From positions 1 through 64,000 of the forward strand of contig OZ059896.1 in assembly GCA_964057225.1 (NCBI GenBank): DNA of 64,000 bases, in the 5' to 3' direction. Shown piece by piece: positions 1 to 14,380 of this stretch. Position 1 is the first letter of the stretch. Each line of letters starts with the position of its first letter. A model generated the notes under the pieces. The model was not told the DNA's origin and did not search any database. It saw only the letters and a list, made by a program, of their open reading frames with translations. The position numbers were made by a program, and so were the translations under genes. This stretch comes from Auanema rhodensis. Its lineage: Eukaryota; Animalia; Nematoda.

Positions 1-199
1 CTTTCACGTGAAGCGAGTTACATACCAAGTGAAGCGAGTTACATACCAAGTGCACATCACGTGTACATTTAATTAGCATAAATTAAAGTTCACGTAAATT
101 TCAAAGTCATGGTTACCATGCACCAATATCAATAAAAATTTGTTTTTAGACTAATATGGACATGGGGAATCTAATTTTGAAAACCGCATCTCTTTATCT

Positions 200-324
200 T
201 TCACGTGAAGCGAGTTACATACCAAGTGCACATCACGTGTACATTTAATTAGCATAAATTAAAGTTCACGTAAATTTCAAAGTCATGGTTACCATGAACC
301 AATATCAATAAAAATTTGTTTTTA
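200..324. other. Cluster of dyad symmetries and CACGTG motifs present in every monomer (example: second monomer)
   Basis: TTCACGTGAA (monomer 3-12); GTGCAC-ATCAC-GTGTAC (29-45); TTTAATT-n6-AATTAAA (47-66); CATGGT-T-ACCATG (87-99); TAAAAA-TTTG-TTTTTA (112-127); also TTTT-G-AAAA (154-162). Confidence 0.85.
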
Positions 325-3300
325 GACTAATATGGACATGGGGAATCTAATTTTGAAAACCGCATCTCTTTATCTTTCACGTGAAGCGAGTTACATACCA
401 AGTGCACATCACGTGTACATTTAATTAGCATTAATTAAAGTTCACGTAAATTTCAAAGTCATGGTTACCATGAACCAATATCAATAAAAATTTGTTTTTA
501 GACTAATATGGACATGGGGAATCTAATTTTGAAAACCGCATCTCTTTATCTTTCACGTGAAGCGAGTTACATACCAAGTGCACATCACGTGTACATTTAA
601 TTAGCATAAATTAAAGTTCACGTAAATTTCAAAGTCATGGTTACCATGAACCAATATCAATAAAAATTTGTTTTTAGACTAATATGGACATGGGGAATCT
701 AATTTTGAAAACCGCATCTCTTTATCTTTCACGTGAAGCGAGTTACATACCAAGTGCACATCACGTGTACATTTAATTAGCATAAATTAAAGTTCACGTA
801 AATTTCAAAGTCATGGTTACCATGCACCAATATCAATAAAAATTTGTTTTTAGACTAATATGGACATGGGGAATCTAATTTTGAAAACCGCATCTCTTTA
901 TCTTTCACGTGAAGCGAGTTACATACCAAGTGCACATCACGTGTACATTTAATTAGCATAAATTAAAGTTCACGTAAATTTCAAAGTCATGGTTACCATG
1001 CACCAATATCAATAAAAATTTGTTTTTAGACTAATATGGACATGGGGAATCTAATTTTGAAAACCGCATCTCTTTATCTTTCACGTGAAGCGAGTTACAT
1101 ACCAAGTGCACATCACGTGTACATTTAATTAGCATAAATTAAAGTTCACGTAAATTTCAAAGTCATGGTTACCATGCACCAATATCAATAAAAATTTGTT
1201 TTAGACTAATATGGACATGGGGAATCTAATTTTGAAAACCGCATCTCTTTATCTTTCACGTGAAGCGAGTTACATACCAAGTGCACATCACGTGTACATT
1301 TAATTAGCATAAATTAAAGTTCACGTAAATTTCAAAGTCATGGTTACCATGCACCAATATCAATAAAAATTTGTTTTTAGACTAATATGGACATGGGGAA
1401 TCTAATTTTGAAAACCGCATCTCTTCATCTTTCACGTGAAGCGAGTTACATACCAAGTGAAGCGAGTTACATACCAAGTGCACATCACGTGTACATTTAA
1501 TTAGCATAAATTAAAGTTCACGTAAATTTCAAAGTCATGGTTACCATGCACCAATATCAATAAAAATTTGTTTTTAGACTAATATGGACATGGGGAATCT
1601 AATTTTGAAAACCGCATCTCTTTATCTTTCACGTGAAGCGAGTTACATACCAAGTGCACATCACGTGTACATTTAATTAGCATAAATTAAAGTTCACGTA
1701 AATTTCAAAGTCATGGTTACCATGAACCAATATCAATAAAAATTTGTTTTTAGACTAATATGGACATGGGGAATCTAATTTTGAAAACCGCATCTCTTTA
1801 TCTTTCACGTGAAGCGAGTTACATACCAAGTGCACATCACGTGTACATTTAATTAGCATTAATTAAAGTTCACGTAAATTTCAAAGTCATGGTTACCATG
1901 AACCAATATCAATAAAAATTTGTTTTTAGACTAATATGGACATGGGGAATCTAATTTTGAAAACCGCATCTCTTTATCTTTCACGTGAAGCGAGTTACAT
2001 ACCAAGTGCACATCACGTGTACATTTAATTAGCATAAATTAAAGTTCACGTAAATTTCAAAGTCATGGTTACCATGAACCAATATCAATAAAAATTTGTT
2101 TTTAGACTAATATGGACATGGGGAATCTAATTTTGAAAACCGCATCTCTTTATCTTTCACGTGAAGCGAGTTACATACCAAGTGCACATCACGTGTACAT
2201 TTAATTAGCATAAATTAAAGTTCACGTAAATTTCAAAGTCATGGTTACCATGCACCAATATCAATAAAAATTTGTTTTTAGACTAATATGGACATGGGGA
2301 ATCTAATTTTGAAAACCGCATCTCTTTATCTTTCACGTGAAGCGAGTTACATACTAAGTGCACATCACGTGTACATTTAATTAGCATAAATTAAAGTTCA
2401 CGTAAATTTCAAAGTCATGGTTACCATGAACCAATATCAATAAAAATTTGTTTTTAGACTAATATGGACATGGGGAATCTAATATTGAAAACCGCATCTC
2501 TTTATCTTTCACGTGAAGCGAGTTACATACCAAGTGCACATCACGTGTACATTTAATTAGCATAAATTAAAGTTCACGTAAATTTCAAAGTCATGGTTAC
2601 CATGAACCAATATCAATAAAAATTTGTTTTTAGACTAATATGGACATGGGGAATCTAATATTGAAAACCGCATCTCTTTATCTTTCACGTGAAGCGAGTT
2701 ACATACCAAGTGCACATCACGTGTACATTTAATTAGCATAAATTAAAGTTCACGTAACTTTCAAAGTCATGGTTACCATGCACCAATATCAATAAAAATT
2801 TGTTTTTAGACTAATATGGACATGGGGAATCTAATTTTGAAAACCGCATCTCTTTATCTTTCACGTGAAGCGAGTTACATACCAAGTGCACATCACGTGT
2901 ACATTTAATTAGCATAAATTAAAGTTCACGTAAATTTCAAAGTCATGGTTACCATGCACCAATATCAATAAAAATTTGTTTTTAGACTAATATGGACATG
3001 GGGAATCTAATTTTGAAAACCGCATCTCTTTATCTTTCACGTGAAGCGAGTTACATACCAAGTGCACATCACGTGTACATTTAATTAGCATAAATTAAAG
3101 TTCACGTAAATTTCAAAGTCATGGTTACCATGAACCAATATCAATAAAAATTTGTTTTTAGACTAATATGGACATGGGGAATCTAATTTTGAAAACCGCA
3201 TCTCTTTATCTTTCACGTGAAGCGAGTTACATACCAAGTGCACATCACGTGTACATTTAATTAGCATAAATTAAAGTTCACGTAAATTTCAAAGTCATGG

Positions 3301-5715
3301 TTACCATGCACCAATATCAATAAAAATTTGTTTTTAGACTAATATGGACATGGGGAATCTAATTTTGAAAACCGCATCTCTTTATCTTTCACGTGAAGCG
3401 AGTTACATACCAAGTGCACATCACGTGTACATTTAATTAGCATAAATTAAAGTTCACGTAAATTTCAAAGTCATGGTTACCATGCACCAATATCAATAAA
3501 AATTTGTTTTTAGACTAATATGGACATGGGGAATCTAATTTTGAAAACCGCATCTCTTTATCTTACACGTGAAGCGAGTTACATACCAAGTGCACATCAC
3601 GTGTACATTTAATTAGCATAAATTAAAGTTCACGTAAATTTCAAAGTCATGGTTACCATGCACCAATATCAATAAAAATTTGTTTTTAGACTAATATGGA
3701 CATGGGGAATCTAATTTTGAAAACCGCATCTCTTTATCTTTCACGTGAAGCGAGTTACATACCAAGTGCACATCACGTGTACATTTAATTAGCATAAATT
3801 AAAGTTCACGTAAATTTCAAAGTCATGGTTACCATGCACCAATATCAATAAAAATTTGTTTTTAGACTAATATGGACATGGGGAATCTAATTTTGAAAAC
3901 CGCATCTCTTCATCTTTCACGTGAAGCGAGTTACATACCAAGTGAAGCGAGTTACATACCAAGTGCACATCACGTGTACATTTAATTAGCATAAATTAAA
4001 GTTCACGTAAATTTCAAAGTCATGGTTACCATGCACCAATATCAATAAAAATTTGTTTTTAGACTAATATGGACATGGGGAATCTAATTTTGAAAACCGC
4101 ATCTCTTTATCTTTCACGTGAAGCGAGTTACATACCAAGTGCACATCACGTGTACATTTAATTAGCATAAATTAAAGTTCACGTAAATTTCAAAGTCATG
4201 GTTACCATGAACCAATATCAATAAAAATTTGTTTTTAGACTAATATGGACATGGGGAATCTAATTTTGAAAACCGCATCTCTTTATCTTTCACGTGAAGC
4301 GAGTTACATACCAAGTGCACATCACGTGTACATTTAATTAGCATAAATTAAAGTTCACGTAAATTTCAAAGTCATGGTTACCATGCACCAATATCAATAA
4401 AAATTTGTTTTTAGACTAATATGGACATGGGGAATCTAATTTTGAAAACCGCATCTCTTTATCTTTCACGTGAAGCGAGTTACATACCAAGTGCACATCA
4501 CGTGTACATTTAATTAGCATAAATTAAAGTTCACGTAAATTTCAAAGTCATGGTTACCATGCACCAATATCAATAAAAATTTGTTTTTAGACTAATATGG
4601 ACATGGGGAATCTAATTTTGAGAACCGCATCTCTTCATCTTTCACGTGAAGCGAGTTACATACCAAGTGAAGCGAGTTACATACCAAGTGCACATCACGT
4701 GTACATTTAATTAGCATAAATTAAAGTTCACGTAAATTTCAAAGTCATGGTTACCATGAACCAATATCAATAAAAATTTGTTTTTAGACTAATATGGACA
4801 TGGGGAATCTAATTTTGAAAACCGCATCTCTTTATCTTTCACGTGAAGCGAGTTACATACCAAGTGCACATCACGTGTACATTTAATTAGCATAAATTAA
4901 AGTTCACGTAACTTTCAAAGTCATGGTTACCATGCACCAATATCAATAAAAATTTGTTTTTAGACTAATATGGACATGGGGAATCTAATTTTGAAAACCG
5001 CATCTCTTTATCATTCACGTGAAGCGAGTTACATACCAAGTGCACATCACGTGTACATTTAATTAGCATAAATTAAAGTTCACGTAAATTTCAAAGTCAT
5101 GGTTACCATGCACCAATATCAATAAAAATTTGTTTTTAGACTAATATGGACATGGGGAATCTAATTTTGAAAACCGCATCTCTTTATCTTTCACGTGAAG
5201 CGAGTTACATACCAAGTGCACATCACGTGTACATTTAATTAGCATAAATTAAAGTTCACGTAAATTTGAAAGTCATGGTTACCATGCACCAATGTCAATA
5301 AAAATTTGTTTTTAGACTAATATGGACATGGGGAATCTAATTTTGCAAACCGCATCTCTTCATCTTTCACGTGAAGCGAGTTACATACCAAGTGCACATC
5401 ACGTGTACATTTAATTAGCATAAATTAAAGTTCACGTAAATTTCAAAGTCATGGTTACCATGCACCAATATCAATAAAAATTTGTTTTTAGACTAATATG
5501 GACATGGGGAATCTAATTTTGAAAACCGCATCTCTTTATCTTTCACGTGAAGCGAGTTACATACCAAGTGCACATCACGTGCACATTTAATTAGCATAAA
5601 TTAAAGTTCACGTAAATTTCAAAGTCATGGTTACCATGAACCAATATCAATAAAAATTTGTTTTTAGACTAATATGGACATGGGGAATCTAATTTTGAAA
5701 ACCGCATCTCTTTAT

Positions 5716-8700
5716 CTTTCACGTGAAGAGAGTTACATACCAAGTGCACATCACGTGTACATTTAATTAGCATAAATTAAAGTTCACGTAAATTTCAAAG
5801 TCATGGTTACCATGCACCAATATCAATAAAAATTTGTTTTTAGACTAATATGGACATGGGGAATCTAATTTTGAAAACCACATCTCTTTATCTTTCACGT
5901 GAAGCGAGTTACATACCAAGTGCACATCACGTGTACATTTAATTAGCATAAATTAAAGTTCACGTAAATTTCAAAGTCATGGTTACCATGCACCAATATC
6001 AATAAAAATTTGTTTTTAGACTAATATGGACATGGGGAATCTAATTTTGAAAACCACATCTCTTTATCTTTCACGTGAAGCGAGTTACATACCAAGTGCA
6101 CATCACGTGTACATTTAATTAGCATAAATTAAAGTTCACGTAAATTTCAAAGTCATGGTTACCATGCACCAATATCAATAAAAATTTGTTTTTAGACTAA
6201 TATGGACATGGGGAATCTAATTTTGAAAACCGCATCTCTTTATCTTTCACGTGAAGCGAGTTACATACCAAGTGCACATCACGTGTACATTTAATTAGCA
6301 TAAATTAAAGTTCACGTAAATTTCAAAGTCATGGTTACCATGCACCAATATCAATAAAAATTTGTTTTTAGACTAATATGGACATGGGGAATCTAATTTT
6401 GAAAACCGCATCTCTTTATCTTTCACGTGAAGCGAGTTACATACCAAGTGCACATCACGTGTACATTTAATTAGCATTAATTAAAGTTCACGTAAATTTC
6501 AAAGTCATGGTTACCATGAACCAATATCAATAAAAATTTGTTTTTAGACTAATATGGACATGGGGAATCTAATTTTAAAAACCGCATCTCTTTATCTTTC
6601 ACGTGAAGCGAGTTACATACCAAGTGCACATCACGTGTACATTTAATTAGCATAAATTAAAGTTCACGTAACTTTCAAAGTCATGGTTACCATGCACCAA
6701 TATCAATAAAAATTTGTTTTTAGACTAATATGGACATGGGGAATCTAATTTTGAAAACCGCATCTCTTTATCTTTCACGTGAAGCGAGTTACATACCAAG
6801 TGCACATCACGTGTACATTTAATTAGCATAAATTAAAGTTCACGTAAATTTCAAAGTCATGGTTACCATGCACCAATATCAATAAAAATTTGTTTTTAGA
6901 CTAATATGGACATGGGGAATCTAATTTTGAAAACCGCATCTCTTTATCTTTCACGTGAAGCGAGTTACATACCAAGTGCACATCACGTGTACATTTAATT
7001 AGCATAAATTAAAGTTCACGTAAATTTCAAAGTCATGGTTACCATGCACCAATGTCAATAAAAATTTGTTTTTAGACTAATATGGACATGAGGAATCTAA
7101 TTTTGAAAACCGCATCTCTTTATCTTTCACGTGAAGCGAGTTACATACCAAGTGCACATCACGTGTACATTTAATTAGCATAAATTAAAGTTCACGTAAA
7201 TTTCAAAGTCATGGTTACCATGAACCAATATCAATAAAAATTTGTTTTTAGACTAATATGGACATGGGGAATCTAATTTTGAAAACCGCATCTCTTTATC
7301 TTTCACGTGAAGAGAGTTACATACCAAGTGCACATCACGTGTACATTTAATTAGCATAAATTAAAGTTCACGTAAATTTCAAAGTCATGGTTACCATGCA
7401 CCAATATCAATAAAAATTTGTTTTTAGACTAATATGGACATGGGGAATCTAATTTTGAAAACCACATCTCTTTATCTTTCACGTGAAGCGAGTTACATAC
7501 CAAGTGCACATCACGTGTACATTTAATTAGCATAAATTAAAGTTCACGTAAATTTCAAAGTCATGGTTACCATGCACCAATATCAATAAAAATTTGTTTT
7601 TAGACTAATATGGACATGGGGAATCTAATTTTGAAAACCACATCTCTTTATCTTTCACGTGAAGCGAGTTACATACCAAGTGCACATCACGTGTACATTT
7701 AATTAGCATAAATTAAAGTTCACGTAAATTTCAAAGTCATGGTTACCATGCACCAATATCAATAAAAATTTGTTTTTAGACTAATATGGACATGGGGAAT
7801 CTAATTTTGAAAACCGCATCTCTTTATCTTTCACGTGAAGCGAGTTACATACCAAGTGCACATCACGTGTACATTTAATTAGCATAAATTAAAGTTCACG
7901 TAAATTTCAAAGTCATGGTTACCATGCACCAATATCAATAAAAATTTGTTTTTAGACTAATATGGACATGGGGAATCTAATTTTGAAAACCGCATCTCTT
8001 TATCTTTCACGTGAAGCGAGTTACATACCAAGTGCACATCACGTGTACATTTAATTAGCATTAATTAAAGTTCACGTAAATTTCAAAGTCATGGTTACCA
8101 TGAACCAATATCAATAAAAATTTGTTTTTAGACTAATATGGACATGGGGAATCTAATTTTAAAAACCGCATCTCTTTATCTTTCACGTGAAGCGAGTTAC
8201 ATACCAAGTGCACATCACGTGTACATTTAATTAGCATAAATTAAAGTTCACGTAACTTTCAAAGTCATGGTTACCATGCACCAATATCAATAAAAATTTG
8301 TTTTTAGACTAATATGGACATGGGGAATCTAATTTTGAAAACCGCATCTCTTTATCTTTCACGTGAAGCGAGTTACATACCAAGTGCACATCACGTGTAC
8401 ATTTAATTAGCATAAATTAAAGTTCACGTAAATTTCAAAGTCATGGTTACCATGCACCAATATCAATAAAAATTTGTTTTTAGACTAATATGGACATGGG
8501 GAATCTAATTTTGAAAACCGCATCTCTTTATCTTTCACGTGAAGCGAGTTACATACCAAGTGCACATCACGTGTACATTTAATTAGCATAAATTAAAGTT
8601 CACGTAAATTTCAAAGTCATGGTTACCATGCACCAATGTCAATAAAAATTTGTTTTTAGACTAATATGGACATGGGGAATCTAATTTTGCAAACCGCATC
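5716..8700 (+). repeat. 9-monomer (1584-bp) tandem duplication
   Basis: GAAGAGAG 5729/7313; ACCACATC 5880/7464 and 6056/7640; TTTTAAAA 6577/8161; ATGTC 7054/8638. Confidence 0.85.
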
Positions 8701-10299
8701 TCTTCATCTTTCACGTGAAGCGAGTTACATACCAAGTGCACATCACGTGTACATTCAATTAGCATAAATTAAAGTTCACGTAAATTTCAAAGTCATGGTT
8801 ACCATGCACCAATATCAATAAAAATTTGTTTTTAGACTAATATGGACATGAGGAATCTAATTTTGAAAACCGCATCTCTTTATCTTTCACGTGAAGCGAG
8901 TTACATACCAAGTGCACATCACGTGTACATTTAATTAGCATAAATTAAAGTTCACGTAAATTTCAAAGTCATGGTTACCATGCACCAATATCAATAAAAA
9001 TTTGTTTTTAGACTAATATGGACATGGGGAATCTAATTTTGAAAACCGCATCTCTTTATCTTTCACGTGAAGCGAGTTACATACCAAGTGCACATCACGT
9101 GTACATTTAATTAGCATAAATTAAAGTTCACGTAAATTTCAAAGTCATGGTTACCATGCACCAATGTCAATAAAAATTTGTTTTTAGACTAATATGGACA
9201 TGGGGAATCTAATTTTGCAAACCGCATCTCTTCATCTTTCACGTGAAGCGAGTTACATACCAAGTGCACATCACGTGTACATTCAATTAGCATAAATTAA
9301 AGTTCACGTAAATTTCAAAGTCATGGTTACCATGCACCAATATCAATAAAAATTTGTTTTTAGACTAATATGGACATGAGGAATCTAATTTTGAAAACCG
9401 CATCTCTTTATCTTTCACGTGAAGCGAGTTACATACCAAGTGCACATCACGTGTACATTTAATTAGCATAAATTAAAGTTCACGTAAATTTCAAAGTCAT
9501 GGTTACCATGCACCAATATCAATAAAAATTTGTTTTTAGACTAATATGGACATGGGGAATCTAATTTTGAAAACCGCATCTCTTTATCTTTCACGTGAAG
9601 CGAGTTACATACCAAGTGCACATCACGTGTACATTTAATTAGCATAAATTAAAGTTCACGTAAATTTCAAAGTCATGGTTACCATGCACCAATATCAATA
9701 AAAATTTGTTTTTAGACTAATATGGACATGGGGAATCTAATTTTGAAAACCGCATCTCTTTATCTTTCACGTGAAGCGAGTTACATACCAAGTGCACATC
9801 ACGTGTACATTTAATTAGCATTAATTAAAGTTCACGTAAATTCCAAAGTCATGGTTACCATGAACCAATATCAATAAAAATTTGTTTTTAGACTAATATG
9901 GACATGGGAAATCTAATTTTGAAAACCGCATCTCTTTATCTTTCACGTGAAGCGAGTTACATACCAAGTGCACATCACGTGTACATTTAATTAACATAAA
10001 TTAAAGTTCACGTAAATTTCAAAGTCATGGTTACCATGAACCAATATCAATAAAAATTTGTTTTTAGACTAATATGGACATGGGGAATCTAATTTTGAAA
10101 ACCGCATCTCTTTATCTTTCACGTGAAGCGAGTTACATACCAAGTGCACATCACGTGTACATTTAATTAGCATAAATTAAAGTTCACGTAAATTTCAAAG
10201 TCATGGTTACCATGCACCAATATCAATAAAAATTTGTTTTTAGACTAATATGGACATGGGGAATCTAATTTTGAAAACCGCATCTCTTCATCTTTCACG

Positions 10300-13200
10300 T
10301 GAAGCGAGTTACATACCAAGTGCACATCACGTGTACATTTAATTAGCATAAATTAAAGTTCACGTAAATTTCAAAGTCATGGTTACCATGCACCAATATC
10401 AATAAAAATTTGTTTTTAGACTAATATGGACATGGGGAATCTAATTTTGAAAACCGCATCTCTTTATCTTTCACGTGAAGCGAGTTACATACCAAGTGCA
10501 CATCACGTGTACATTTAATTAGCATAAATTAAAGTTCACGTAAATTTCAAAGTCATGGTTACCATGAACCAATATCAATAAAAATTTGTTTTTAGACTAA
10601 TATGGACATGGGGAATCTAATTTTGAAAACCGCATCTCTTATCTTTCACGTGAAGCGAGTTACATACCAAGTGCACATCACGTGTACATTTAATTAGCAT
10701 AAATTAAAGTTCACGTAAATTTCAAAGTCATGGTTACCATGCACCAATATCAATAAAAATTTGTTTTTAGACTAATATGGACATGGGGAATCTAATTTTG
10801 AAAACCGCATCTCTTTATCTTTCACGTGAAGCGAGTTACATACCAAGTGCACATCACGTGTACATTTAATTAGCATAAATTAAAGTTCACGTAAATTTCA
10901 AAGTCATGGTTACCATGAACCAATATCAATAAAAATTTGTTTTTAGACTAATATGGACATGGGGAATCTAATTTTGAAAACCGCATCTCTTTATCTTTCA
11001 CGTGAAGCGAGTTACATACCAAGTGCACATCACGTGTACATTTAATTAGCATAAATTAAAGTTCACGTAAATTTCAAAGTCATGGTTACCATGCACCAAT
11101 ATCAATAAAAATTTGTTTTTAGACTAATATGGACATGGGGAATCTAATTTTGACAACCGCATCTCTTTATCTTTCACGTGAAGCGAGTTACATACTAAGT
11201 GCACATCACGTGTACATTTAATTAGCATAAATTAAAGTTCACGTAAATTTCAAAGTCATGGTTACCATGAACCAATATCAATAAAAATTTGTTTTTAGAC
11301 TAATATGGACATGGGGAATCTAATTTTGAAAACCGCATCTCTTTATCTTTCACGTGAAGCGAGTTACATACCAAGTGCACATCACGTGTACATTTAATTA
11401 GCATAAATTAAAGTTCACGTAAATTTCAAAGTCATGGTTACCATGAACCAATATCAATAAAAATTTGTTTTTAGACTAATATGGACATGGGGAATCTAAT
11501 ATTGAAAACCGCATCTCTTTATCTTTCACGTGAAGCGAGTTACATACCAAGTGCACATCACGTGTACATTTAATTAGCATAAATTAAAGTTCACGTAAAT
11601 TTCAAAGTCATGGTTACCATGAACCAATATCAATAAAAATTTGTTTTTAGACTAATATGGACATGGGGAATCTAATTTTGAAAACCGCATCTCTTTATCT
11701 TTCACGTGAAGCGAGTTACATACCAAGTGCACATCACGTGTACATTTAATTAGCATAAATTAAAGTTCACGTAAATTTCAAAGTCATGGTTACCATGCAC
11801 CAATATCAATAAAAATTTGTTTTTAGACTAACATGGACATGGGGAATCTAATTTTGAAAACCGCATCTCTTTATCTTTCACGTGAAGCGAGTTACATACC
11901 AAGTGCACATCACGTGTACATTTAATTAGCATAAATTAAAGTTCACGTAAATTTCAAAGTCATGGTTACCATGCACCAATATCAATAAAAATTTGTTTTT
12001 AGACTAATATGGACATGGGGAATCTAATTTTGAAAACCGCATCTCTTTATCTTTCACGTGAAGCGAGTTACATACCAAGTGCACATCACGTGTACATTTA
12101 ATTAGCATAAATTAAAGTTCACGTAAATTTCAAAGTCATGGTTACCATGCACCAATATCAATAAAAATTTGTTTTTAGACTAATATGGACATGGGGAATC
12201 TAATTTTGAAAACCGCATCTCTTCATCTTTCACGTGAAGCGAGTTACATACCAAGTGAAGCGAGTTACATACCAAGTGCACATCACGTGTACATTTAATT
12301 AGCATAAATTAAAGTTCACGTAAATTTCAAAGTCATGGTTACCATGCACCAATATCAATAAAAATTTGTTTTTAGACTAATATGGACATGGGGAATCTAA
12401 TTTTGAAAACCGCATCTCTTTATCTTTCACGTGAAGCGAGTTACATACCAAGTGCACATCACGTGTACATTTAATTAGCATAAATTAAAGTTCACGTAAA
12501 TTTCAAAGTCATGGTTACCATGAACCAATATCAATAAAAATTTGTTTTTAGACTAATATGGACATGGGGAATCTAATTTTGAAAACCGCATCTCTTATCT
12601 TTCACGTGAAGCGAGTTACATACCAAGTGCACATCACGTGTACATTTAATTAGCATAAATTAAAGTTCACGTAAATTTCAAAGTCATGGTTACCATGCAC
12701 CAATATCAATAAAAATTTGTTTTTAGACTAATATGGACATGGGGAATCTAATTTTGAAAACCGCATCTCTTTATCTTTCACGTGAAGCGAGTTACATACC
12801 AAGTGCACATCACGTGTACATTTAATTAGCATAAATTAAAGTTCACGTAAATTTCAAAGTCATGGTTACCATGAACCAATATCAATAAAAATTTGTTTTT
12901 AGACTAATATGGACATGGGGAATCTAATTTTGAAAACCGCATCTCTTTATCTTTCACGTGAAGCGAGTTACATACCAAGTGCACATCACGTGTACATTTA
13001 ATTAGCATAAATTAAAGTTCACGTAAATTTCAAAGTCATGGTTACCATGCACCAATATCAATAAAAATTTGTTTTTAGACTAATATGGACATGGGGAATC
13101 TAATTTTGACAACCGCATCTCTTTATCTTTCACGTGAAGCGAGTTACATACTAAGTGCACATCACGTGTACATTTAATTAGCATAAATTAAAGTTCACGT

Positions 13201-14380
13201 AAATTTCAAAGTCATGGTTACCATGAACCAATATCAATAAAAATTTGTTTTTAGACTAATATGGACATGGGGAATCTAATTTTGAAAACCGCATCTCTTT
13301 ATCTTTCACGTGAAGCGAGTTACATACCAAGTGCACATCACGTGTACATTTAATTAGCATAAATTAAAGTTCACGTAAATTTCAAAGTCATGGTTACCAT
13401 GAACCAATATCAATAAAAATTTGTTTTTAGACTAATATGGACATGGGGAATCTAATATTGAAAACCGCATCTCTTTATCTTTCACGTGAAGCGAGTTACA
13501 TACCAAGTGCACATCACGTGTACATTTAATTAGCATAAATTAAAGTTCACGTAAATTTCAAAGTCATGGTTACCATGAACCAATATCAATAAAAATTTGT
13601 TTTTAGACTAATATGGACATGGGGAATCTAATTTTGAAAACCGCATCTCTTTATCTTTCACGTGAAGCGAGTTACATACCAAGTGCACATCACGTGTACA
13701 TTTAATTAGCATAAATTAAAGTTCACGTAAATTTCAAAGTCATGGTTACCATGCACCAATATCAATAAAAATTTGTTTTTAGACTAATATGGACATGGGG
13801 AATCTAATTTTGAAAACCGCATCTCTTTATCTTTCACGTGAAGCGAGTTACATACCAAGTGCACATCACGTGTACATTTAATTAGCATAAATTAAAGTTC
13901 ACGTAAATTTCAAAGTCATGGTTACCATGCACCAATATCAATAAAAATTTGTTTTTAGACTAATATGGACATGGGGAATCTAATTTTGAAAACCGCATCT
14001 CTTTATCTTTCAAGTGAAGCGAGTTACATACCAAGTGCACATCACGTGTACATTTAATTAGCATAAATTAAAGTTCACGTAAATTTCAAAGTCATGGTTA
14101 CCATGCACCAATATCAATAAAAATTTGTTTTTAGACTAATATGGACATGGGGAATCTAATTTTGAAAACCGCATCTCTTCATCTTTCACGTGAAGCGAGT
14201 TACATACCAAGTGAAGCGAGTTACATACCAAGTGCACATCACGTGTACATTTAATTAGCATAAATTAAAGTTCACGTAAATTTCAAAGTCATGGTTACCA
14301 TGCACCAATATCAATAAAAATTTGTTTTTAGACTAATATGGACATGGGGAATCTAATTTTGAAAACCGCATCTCTTTATC
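10300..14380 (+). repeat. 11-monomer (1956-bp) tandem duplication
   Basis: 1-bp deletion ~10640/~12596; GACAACC 11154/13110; ATACTAAG 11196/13152; AATATTG 11501/13457; 197-mers 12227/14183. Confidence 0.85.

Noticed and set aside
307-312. AATAAA polyadenylation signal in each monomer
   Set aside because: Expected by chance in an A-tract of AT-rich DNA; there is no evidence of a transcription unit.
232-330. Budding-yeast point-centromere-like layout (ATCACGTG, 77-bp spacer, TGTTTTT)
   Set aside because: The spacer is only about 75% AT rather than over 90%, the essential CDEIII CCG is absent at the expected position, and point centromeres are not tandem arrays.
198-373. CENP-B box, telomeric repeat, or 5S/tRNA/snRNA tandem gene
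   Set aside because: There is no TTCGnnnnAnnCGGG motif, no telomere repeat, and no recognisable RNA gene sequence or cloverleaf.
1195-1204. Unique 1-bp deletion in the T5 run
   Set aside because: It is a singleton in a homopolymer and absent from related units, so it may be a sequencing error. The other nine 1-bp deletions recur with linked markers.
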